Assembly (NCBI GenBank): GCA_018398765.1
Contig: JAHBMJ010000189.1
Span: forward strand, 1 to 54,224
DNA: 54,224 nt
Source of the DNA: Chromera velia
Lineage: Eukaryota
Direction: 5' to 3'
Every line of letters begins with the position of its first letter. Within the stretch, counting starts at the first letter, position 1. The notes under the pieces are model-generated. The model made no database searches and was not told where the DNA came from. It saw only the letters and a program-made list of their open reading frames with translations. Position numbers and translations under genes: made by a program. Below, piece after piece: positions 13,816 to 23,906 of this stretch.

Positions 13816-16116
13816 ATGGCTGGTCAGGGCGTCCGTTTCGATGTGGTGCAATACAAGAAGCATAAAGTGGGACAACAGACTGACCTTGACTGCCTGGCAC
13901 AAAAGGAGGAGCTTGGAAAGAAGACACTGACAAAAGTAGAGCAGGATCTCCTTGCAGCGGAGCAACGATATCATGCTGCAGCTGCAACCTTCAACTCAGC
14001 CCACGGAGCGGTGCAGGCTTTGAGCCTTCAAATCAACGAAGGGATGGAACAGTTGTCCCCTCGGCAACAGAAGCAAGTGAAGGAAACAATCGAAACGCAA
14101 CAGGCGGGACTGGACGCTTCTGCATTGATTGAGCGTCAGTTATCGATCATATGAAGGTGCTAAGAGGAAGTAGACGGATTCTCTCTGCAAGGGTCACGTA
14201 CAACCCTGCACTTGCGCGCAAGTATATATGTGAGTACACTTCTGTTGCAGGTTTCCGGGAGAAACAAAAGGAGGTCTTTGACGCCTTTTTCCAGTGCGAG
14301 CAGGCAAAGCTCCACCTTGTGACCGCAGAGCGCCAAGCGAAGGCCTCGGCTGCTGTCTATGCCATGTACACGGAGACCAAAGAGTGGTGGGAGGAGCAGA
14401 TAGAGAAGTACTGCGAGGAGAAGAAGACTCTTGCGGAGAAACAACATAGAAGGGAAGAGGTATGTGCTGTGCCGCATTGTTACGTAATCTGCACAATCTA
14501 GAATACGACTGCAAGAAGCCGTGCCCACACAAGAAAGGAAAAAGGCACCCCAGCTTCCCTTTTCTACATCCACGGTGCTGTCTGCGTAACTTCTAGAGTA
14601 ATTGCAAAAGGGCCCACGTATGCACTCACAACTCCCGAGCAGGCCGGTCCTCTTTCACAGTCCACAGACATGCTTGACTGCACGTGCATGAAGCAAGTGA
14701 CGGACCGTCAGATTCAAAAACTCCGCCACCCATCCTTTCAGCAAGAATCTCTCCGCGTCCATTAGAGAAACTTTTCTCGTTCAATCTTATTTCGTCATGC
14801 GCAGTGCTCACAGATGGAAACTCGCTCGCTCTCTGCTTTTGAGCATGACACTCCGAGCGGAATGAAAGGAAAGCATCATGAGATTCCGTGAAATCGAATG
14901 CTGCTGCAGGATTTGAAAAAGCGAATGGAGGACAACACTCGGCGGTTGGAAGGGGTGCGTTCTCAAAAAGCGGCAGCAGAGCAGAAGAAAAAAGTCAGTC
15001 AGTTCTCTATCGCTTGGCAGCCTCTACATTTGACGGTCTCTATACCGGTACTACAGCCCCAAGTGACTCTGTGGTTTCCACCCTCTACTGGCTTTCTGTC
15101 ATTTCTGTCCCCTCACTGTGTCCTTCCTCACCCCCTGTATTCGCACACAGCCGTTCAAAGTGCCCTCTGTCGGCCAATTCCGTCCTCCCACTTTGTGCGA
15201 GTGCGTGTGTGTCTGCATGTGTGTAGCAAAGTGTGTCTGTCTGTCCGTCTGACTGACTGTCTGTTTGTCTGTTTGTAGGGAGAAGAAGAAGAAACATATG
15301 TCTGTTCATGAAGAAAAGGAGGGAGAAGAAGAAGTCTGTCTGTCTGCCTGTCTGTCTGTCTGGCTGGCTGAAGAAACATGCGCTCTGTCTGCCACACTAT
15401 TTGATTGTTGGTTCTGTTCTTTTGTCTTTGTTCTTTCTTTCTTTTTGTCTGTAATGCACATGAAGAACAGAAGGGGGACGAAGAAACATATTGTCCGTCT
15501 GTTTGTCTGTCTGTCTGTCTGTTGTCTGTTGTTTTCATGAAGAAAAGGAGGGAGACGAAGAAGAATCATATAGTCTGTCTGTCTGTGCCCACTTTGTCTG
15601 AGTCGTCGTGACGTTCTTTTGTCTTTGTTTCTTTCTTCCTTTTTGTCTGTTGTGTTCATAAAGAAAAGGAAGTGTCTTTGTTTCTTTCTTCCTTTTTGTC
15701 TGTTGTGTTCATAAAGAAAAGGAAGGAAAGAAACCATATAGTCTGTCTGTCTGTCTCCCCACCCCCTGTCTGAAGAACATGACGGTGCCGGGTCCCCCTA
15801 TGTTGCATATGTTTGTTTGAAGTGCAGCACGGTTTTGCCTTTTTTGTTTTTTCTGCGTTTCTTTTTTCCTTTTTTTGGCTTGAGTGGAAGCAGCAGAGAA
15901 CTAACGTGTGAATCCAGTGATCACGTGAAAGTCTGTCGGGAGGTGGAGAGGCAAGGGGCGCTTAACTGTCAACTTTGGGGCCCCCTGCCCCACGCTGTTT
16001 GATTGTTGGTTCTGTTCTTTTGTCTTTGTCCTTCCTTTCCTTCTTTCCGTCTATTATGTACATGAATACAAGAAGGGAGAAGAAGAAACATGTATAGTAA
16101 GTCAGTCAGTCAGTCA

Positions 16117-16148
<32 letters not shown>

Positions 16149-16149
16149 A

Positions 16150-16184
<35 letters not shown>

Positions 16185-16246
16185 GTCTGTAGAAAAGACG
16201 ATATAGTCTGTCTGTCTGTCTCTCTGTCTCTCTGTCTCTCTGTCTC

Positions 16247-16284
<38 letters not shown>

Positions 16285-16791
16285 CATGAAAAAAAGGAGG
16301 GAGAAGAAGAAACATATAGTCTGTCTGTCTCTCTGTCTGTCTGTCTGTCTGAAACATATAGTCTGTCTGTCTGTTATGTACATGAAGAAAAGAAGGGAGA
16401 AGAAGAAGTATATAGTCTGTCTGTCTGTCTGTCTGTCTTTCTGTCTGTCTGTGTGCTTGCGAGAGGGTGGCTGTGCATCCATGGCGTAAGCACAAGTGTG
16501 GCTGACTTCTTTCATCGGGTCCCCCCCCTGCAGATGATCGCTTGGGAGGCGCGGACTCTAGGGAAACCATTTGTGCAGCTCCCCCAGAAACAGAGGAACC
16601 ACGGAGCAGTTGCAGTGGCAGCAACAGATGCCAACCCGTTTATGAAACTCGGGAAGGCAGGGACCGGGGGAGGAGTCGAATTCCCACAAGCAGCAGCAGC
16701 AGGCAGTGGAAGAGCAGGGAAGGAAGGGAGGGAAAAGGGAGGAACGGAAAAGGGAGGTAAAAAGTCCAAACACAGGGAAAGAGCGGAATGA
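13816..16791 (+). CDS. Uncharacterised coiled-coil protein, about 4 exons
   Basis: [11 protein letters not shown]...[11 protein letters not shown] (ATG 13816), FREKQKEVF...EKQHRREE|gt (about 14250-14459), [12 protein letters not shown]...EQKKK|gt (about 14910-14993), cag|[10 protein letters not shown]...RERAE* (about 16534-16791). E/K/Q heptad-rich; no family recognised. Confidence 0.6.
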
Positions 16792-17137
16792 CCGATCGAG
16801 GGAGTTCATCGATCGAATGAGTCTCTCTGTCACTTTTGCGAAAGACTTTATACACAAACTGCGTCGGAACCGCGAGTGCGTATTCAGGTGATGATCCTTC
16901 ATAGCCACTGCAGTCTGCCCGTCAGTGTCGCTCTGGGAGTCTGTGGGCCTGTCTCTCTTCCTGTCTATAGATGTTCATCTGTCTGTCTTCCCTTGTGCTT
17001 GACAGACTGACTGTCTGGAAGACAAAAAGGAAATAAAAGAGGATGTAGTCTGTCTGTCGCATAAGGCTTGGAGCTCTGGTACTCTTCCACTGAGAGTGCG
17101 CCAAAAGAAAAAAAACAGAAGAGAATGAAAGGAAGGT

Positions 17138-17168
<31 letters not shown>

Positions 17169-17198
17169 GAAGACAAGAAGGGAGAAGAAAAAATGTAC

Positions 17199-17233
<35 letters not shown>

Positions 17234-17493
17234 GAAAGAAAGGAATTGAAAAAGTAAAGTAAACAAAAGACGATATAGTCTGTCTGTCTGTCTGTCTGTC
17301 TGTCTGTGTTTCATTGCTGCTTTGAAAGGAGAAAGAAAAAAAGAAGTCATACATTCTGTCTGTCTGTCTGTCTTTCTTTCTTTCTTTCTTTCTTTCTGCT
17401 TGCTGTCGTGTTTTCTTGCTTTCCAATTCGAGTCTTTTCTGCCCTTGTTTATTTCTTTTGCTTTTTTTCTGTTTCGTTTTATCGATCTATATG

Positions 17494-17551
<58 letters not shown>

Positions 17552-17600
17552 CCTCCCTCCCTCCCTGAGGCTCCCTCCCCCTCTCTCTCTCCCTCCCTCT
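15230..17600. repeat. Compound (GTCT)n/(CT)n microsatellite array with a recurring GAAGAAGAAACATATAGTCTG-type spacer
   Basis: Many GTCT tracts each preceded by similar purine-rich spacers; TTTGATTGTTGGTTCTGTTCTTTTGTCTTTG occurs near 15400 and again near 15998. Confidence 0.8.
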
Positions 17601-20446
17601 CTCTTATTATACTCATAAAGATTTTCAATAGTGAGACGTACGTTTTGGATCAGCTTTTCGTGATGACAATTTAGGTATAGAGGTTTTAATGATGATGATG
17701 ATGATGATGATGATTGAGTGATATGCTTTGGGGTGCCTCACAAAAAAACTACTAGAAAAAACACAACATGTATACATATACGGTGTTATCATCTCTTCTT
17801 GCATATCGCGTAAGTATACAGCCCATTATTGTTCAAGTACCTGGTATTTGTGTAAAATAACTTCAATATAGTATATGTATATAATGGTACTCAAATTGTT
17901 TGTATGTCATAACTGCATATTTAAATTGTGAAGAAATTTATCAAAAATAAAATTTAATTTAAGAATCAATTATAACGGAATCTTTATTTTTAACAAATCT
18001 AGAAACAGATTGCTGCTGCTATAACTGGTCTACTACTAGTACCCGTGAAGGTTTTCTGATAACATTGCTTCAATTTGTAACAATTAAGTTAGAGGTCTAA
18101 GATGAATTTTCCAGTTTACTACATCTTTGATTTGATTAGCTTAGATTTCTTTATAGAATTAAATACATTGACTTAAATCAGAAAAAATTAGAGTATTTAA
18201 CTAGTCTAGTAACTAGTTGAACAATAGATCACTTAAATTCAAAATCTTCGTTAAAATTATGCTTTAATATATCACTATAGTCTATAGGGTTATCAAGATG
18301 GTTTGAAGTGTTTTACTCCATGCTACAAATTATGTGACAAATAATCAAACAAACGAAAGTTACTAGGAAATTCAAGAAATATATACAAGCCAGTGCCAGT
18401 GCACGCATCATATTTGCATTGAAAAATACCGTGACTTGTCACGTGTCAAGTGCTGATTCACTGTTGAAAAGGTCTTCATGGCGGATATCTCTGGAGTAAG
18501 GCCGTTTTATAAAAGATGATGAGGCTACTGAAATTACCTCGATTCACTATGGGGGAAAGGGGGGGAAGAAGAAAGATCCTAACTTCGATTCCCAGGTGGC
18601 ATTTCCATTTCAGGCTGCAATGATCGAAATCGACGGTCTCGACTGATTGTTGCATGCACAGAGTTTGAATTCAGAAGTCGATAAATGGCTCAGGAAGCGG
18701 CCGAATTCTAGGAGATCATGCAACTTGAGAAAGAAAGAGCAGTAGAGGACCAGTCGATCCCAGTTGATCACCAAGTGTCTCGTCTCTCTCAACCAGACCC
18801 TCTCAGCAGTGCAGGGAAGCAAAACACTCTAAACATTTGCTCCTTGTCGATCGAGCAGATAGTTTACCTTCGGTCTTCTCTCAGACTCCGTTTCTTCTTA
18901 TCGTGGCTGAAGTCTTCTGAGAGTCCTTTCATACCAGAGTGGAAAGTGACTCAATCGCTCGTTTCTATGTCTCAAAACTTGTCGTCGTCTCTCTGTGTCT
19001 TCGTCTGCATTCGCCTATTTATCCGGGAACACAGCTGTCCCGCATACAAACAGACAGACAGACTAGATAGTTTCCTCTCTCTTCCGTTTATTGACTCATT
19101 CACGAAAATCCCCTTCCTTTTCGGGGTCTCGCAACACACAGATAGATAGATAGACAGACGGAGCTAATGACTGGCAACCAAAAACGCTGGAAGGAACAGA
19201 GAAGGTACACCGAAATTTCGAGGACTGTGTGTGTGTGAGAGAGAGAGAGAGAGAGGGAGCGAGAGAGAGAGAAAACAAAAATGAGAGAAAGGTGGAATTA
19301 CTGGACAACGGCCCAGAAGCCGCTGGAAAGAAAGGATACAAAAAGCGCATGAGACTTCGTTGCACTGTAAATTTCGTGGAATCACTCGGCCGCTCGACTG
19401 GACTCTCCGGCTTCGAGTGGGAAGAATTCAAGAACTTCATTTGAATTTCCTATCATGGAAATCAAATGTACTTCTTTACTCCTCCTCTCTGACAAACAAC
19501 AGCCAGAAAGAAAAGGACATGAACACAGACTGAAAGAAAAACAAAAAGAAAGGCAGAAAGACAGAAAGAGAGACAAAATGAGCAAAAGCAGATTCAAGGG
19601 CAGGCCACCGACCGGCAGTGTTGTTACATTTCACCACACGCATACAGGGAAGGGAAAATCACTGAAGACGCGAATGAATGATCGAGGGAATCATCCGCTA
19701 AGACCCTGATGGGTTTAGGATGAAGCTGGGCGGAATGAAAGAAAAGACCCCCGCGGGACTCAAAGATTCACGACCGTCTTACGAGAGATGTATGAAAATG
19801 ATTTTCCCGGACTGAGTTTTCTCTTTCTCTCTGTCTCTCCGACTGATTTCCATTCATTTGCTCGTTCTCATCGCACCTCTTCGACCCTCCCACCTCCTCC
19901 GCAAATCCCCGTCCAATTCTGTCTTAGATCGACAGAACCATTTAAGGACTCAAAAGAAGAACAAGAAGAAGAGAGATCTACGATTTGATCAAAGAAAGAG
20001 CGAGGCGGACTGCCTGGACTGTCTTCACAAAGTGATTTATTCAGTCCGGAAACCTTCTTCAGGGCACTGCACACTCAAACCGCCGTGGCCGCAGAGCCAA
20101 AATCTCCTCCATGCTCCGTCTGTCCCCCATGCAATTCATACAAGCGCCTCAGGCTACCTTTCCAAAATACCAGGTACTCCTCCCGAGGCACTTGCACAGT
20201 TAGGAGCCGCTTGCACAAGTGGCAGGGGAGCCTCCGAGGTCGAATCTTCTTCAGGTCGCATGGGAGCTTCGATTTCCTGCGGGCAGGCAGGCAGACAGAC
20301 AGACAGGCAGGCATACTTCGAGGGACAGAAAGCGACTGTAAGACTTCCAACCCATGATCTCAAGGGGGGGACAAACGCGAAAGGATGAGAGAAAAAAGTA
20401 AACGCACAGGCAAGCAGGGCAGGATGAAAACGAAAAGCAAACAAGA

Positions 20447-23248
20447 TCACCAGACTTGAGGATAGCGAGAGAGCTTCATGTGAACATCTATGTATCTGAT
20501 GTATGCGTCTATCTCTAGATCTAAATCTGCGTATTGATACACCTCCATACCTACCAGTAGAGGATCTGGAGACTTCTTGGTGCGCCGCTCGGTGTATGCC
20601 CTGATCGCTGCGTCGATGACCATCATGTCAACACTCTCCTCTGGCTTTGTTTCGTGAAGCTGTTGCGCCTCTGGCTTCTGTGTGCTCCTGCTTTTCTCTG
20701 CAAGGCCATCAGGGTCCGACATCTGGTGTACGTCTGGGACGTCAGCTACTCCCTTCATATCGACGCTTGGAGGTGAGTGGAGTTCCTGGAGCTCTTTCAG
20801 GGCTTTGTTACCAGCCTGAACAACGACGGTTGACATTCTTCTTCGGCCCGTAACAATTTCGGGTTGCAGTTCCTCTGGAGGTTCTTCCCCCTTGTCGATG
20901 CAGGCAGTGATCTTCTTCTTCTCCTGCTGGAGCGTCGCTGTCCACTTCGAGCGAATGTAGTAAACATACCTGCACACGGGGGGGGGGGAAACAGAGCAAT
21001 GAATAAATAAAGTCAATTGAAAACGGAAACCTGTGATTCAGAAGCAAAAGGAGAACATGGAGAGGCGAACAAGACGGAAAAACACGGTGAGAAAGACCCG
21101 ATGAAAAAAATGACAAAAGGGGGGAGCTAGAAGGAAAGGAAGGAAGCAGGGAAGAGAGAGATAAAGAAGGACAGAAAGAAAGAAAGAAAGAAAGAAAGAA
21201 GGAAGGACGGACAATCCGACTCACGCTGAGAAAGCCAATTTGGATATGAGATCCATTGTTGACAACACGATGACCTCCGCTTGCGGCGGAATGACCCTGG
21301 CGCCCATCGGCCCGATTATCCACGTAATTGGGAACGCCACCCACGTGACCACCACACACACGGCAATGTATCGGAGATTCGATTTTCCTGCATGTAACCA
21401 AAGATCGATGAAATGAAAGAGAAAAGGAATTCATCGCACACTTCCTGCCTAGCTGAGACTAATGCGTATATATCTCGTGATGTCCGAGAAAGACAAAATT
21501 GAATGCTTGCATCCGTCTGAAGGGTCAACCGGCACGTTGCCAAACGAATGCATGTACCCTCCTTGTCGTACTTCATGCGAACCACCCGATGCACCCACTC
21601 ATGAATACCGGAAGGAGTCGAATACATCTGAACAGATACCGCCTTCTCGTTGGTTCCTTCTTGATTTGCTGGCTGAGAAGCTTTTTCACAGGTTCTGTTG
21701 CGTCTCTCGAATGTCTGAATTCAGTCAGCATCGATGGCGACTTGAAGATTGATTCCCCTCCACAGAAGTAAAGAAGCAGCTGCAACAACTGCTGCATATC
21801 GTAAACATGGAATACCCTGCTCACCCAAGAACAGAGCAGTCCCCCGACAGACAATACAGACAGACAGACCTTTAAACAAGTTGTCATGATTCTCGGAAGT
21901 CTCCCTGACAGCCCAGTCGAGGTTGACAACAAGGAGCACAAAGAAGGACCCACCGAGGCCAAATGCCATCATACGGTAAGAGAACTCAGGCGTCGCGTTG
22001 GCCCACAAACCGAGAGCCAGCATGAGGAATGTGCAAAGCACGAGTTCGACCTGCCTCTGCTTCTTGCTCCGTGCGAGCAGAGAGACCTGCCAGCTAAAGA
22101 GCGGACAGGTGATGGCAAATTGGACAAACCTGCAGACAAAAGAAATCCAGGTACCATGCATGATGCGAAGCACACGAGTGCAGGTTCTTGTTGCGACCCG
22201 AAGACCCTCTTACGGGTTTATATTATTACGCGTATTTCAGCGTGGCGTGCAATTTGTCGACCGATCATTCCCTCGACAGACACGGAGGTCGAGGGCCACC
22301 ACAGATGGACAGCTACAAATTTAGGGGCTTGGTCGGATCGAACAGCGCCATGCGGACTACGAAAGGGACACCCGAAATGAAAGGGAGCGACACTCTGAAG
22401 AGACACGAAGCAGTGAAAGAAACCAACACCCACATGCAACCACGGCACACGCGTCCTGTGTTGTCTCAGCGATGCCGGACTGCACTTCGACGTCACTTGT
22501 ATTAATATATGCAAGTGGTGTGGTACCCGACTTGTGAAACAACCGAACAAGTTTGTGCGAAATCATGTGCGATACGTAACTCCTTGCTGGACAAAATACA
22601 TGGTTTATTACGACATATAGGGTGCTAGATTCCCATGTAGAGGCTCCCATAGACTCTGTGCTGAGTCGTTGCAGAGACGACACCGGAACTCGAAATTGAC
22701 TGACCTTGCTATGTCGTTGCGCGTGCAATCCTCAAAGATGACATCGTCGACTTGCGAGAGCATGATGAGGTTGTGGCACCCGGAGAAGAGCATGATGTAC
22801 CCGTTCAGAGAGGTACACAGGGAGAAGACCGCCAGGCTCTCGTCCTCCACGTGGGGGTCAGGAAAACGTGTCCAGTAGAACAAACCAACCTGCATGCATG
22901 AATTCAGCCCAAAATCGGGTAGGCCAAGCAACACATGCAAACACATTCAGGGAAGACGAAGTGACGTCGCATTTTCACGAATCCTGACGCAGATTATCTG
23001 CATGCGCAGATACAGATTTAAAACTACATGCAGGCGCTCTGGAAACACATGGGGTATATAGGAAAGCTGACCGTCATACAGATCGACGCCTGGGCGATTC
23101 GAATGTAAAATGTGGATTCGCTCATTTCTTCGATGTTTCCGTCCGCTATGCACTCAGCCAGGTAGCTACGTGTTCCTTCTGCAAATGCTGCGAGAAGAGA
23201 AACCGCGGCCAGCAGCTGGGCAAGACAGGGCATCCTGTGCGGAACCAT
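20447..23248 (-). CDS. Microbial (type-1) rhodopsin with N-terminal hydrophobic leader and long C-terminal tail; exons 23248-23072, 22889-22705, 22129-21870, 21387-21225, 20969-20447
   Basis: All four introns are GT-AG and phase-compatible. The spliced protein has helix C DIARFVQFAITCPLFSWQV, helix D LVLCTFLMLALGLWA, helix E MAFGLGGSFFVLLVV, helix F IAVCVVVTWVAFPITWIIGPMG and helix G IVLSTMDLISKLAFSAYVY (DxxxK, Lys codon 21239-21241). The last exon may splice further. Confidence 0.9.
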
Positions 23249-23906
23249 TTTGCAAATTCAAGCCAGAAAGACGTCAGGGGTCAGCTTTTCATTTGCAACG
23301 TTCGATTCTCTGCACCACCCGACAAACGCGTGTTGCTCCAACAACCAGTAACTGAGTACAAGAGGTGCAGTGGAAAGTCCAAGGGACGGACCTCTTGGAC
23401 TGGGGGCTTGCAGCTAGCTTAGGGGCTGCCACAGAAGGCACGTCTTTGCGGAGACAGTCACGGCCATTACATGCTTATCTGAAGCTCTGCATGCATGAAT
23501 CCTGCTGTGTTTTTTTAGACACAAATTATTAATAATAAGTGCATGCCCCCACCGCGTCACCGCGCGTTGCATAGCGCGGACGGAACCCCAATTTAATGGG
23601 TATATAGCGCGGACGGAGGGTGAACCGACGGAATTTGGACATGCAGCTAGTCTGAGCATGCATGTCTGAGCTAGATGATCCGATGTCCGTCAAAATCCGT
23701 CTAAGTATCAATACTGGTGACCTCCTCAGTGCATAGGGCGAAAATCTGTTGCACGGAAGAGTCACTTTGTGGCCGAGGTTTTTTTCATCAGCACATCCTG
23801 CCTGTTCTCTATTTAAGCGCCTGTAGACGCACGCCGTCTCCTTCCTCCAGACAGTCGACCTTCCTCTTTTTTGCCCTTCGCCCTTCTCGTGCCACCGTGA
23901 ACCTAC

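Noticed and set aside
15230..17380. Repeat-spacer pattern resembling a CRISPR array
   Set aside because: Eukaryotic context, variable unit lengths, the spacers are simple repeats, and there are no cas genes.
18478..19444. Possible small plus-strand gene between the coiled-coil and rhodopsin genes
   Set aside because: The obvious splice gives only about 16 codons, and the other short ORFs have no recognisable motif.
21573..21962. 129-aa ORF as an extra rhodopsin exon
   Set aside because: Exons 3 and 4 join in phase without it and give a normal E-F loop; the ORF is an off-frame and intronic overlap.
22860..22875. RFP tripeptide (YWTRFPDP) suggesting a bestrophin domain fused to the rhodopsin
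   Set aside because: It lies in the short loop after rhodopsin helix A, and no other bestrophin motif is visible in the window; coincidental.
12855..23248. Kinesin, coiled-coil gene and rhodopsin as an operon-like phototaxis cluster
   Set aside because: Mixed orientations, separate promoters, and no synteny or expression evidence available from sequence alone.
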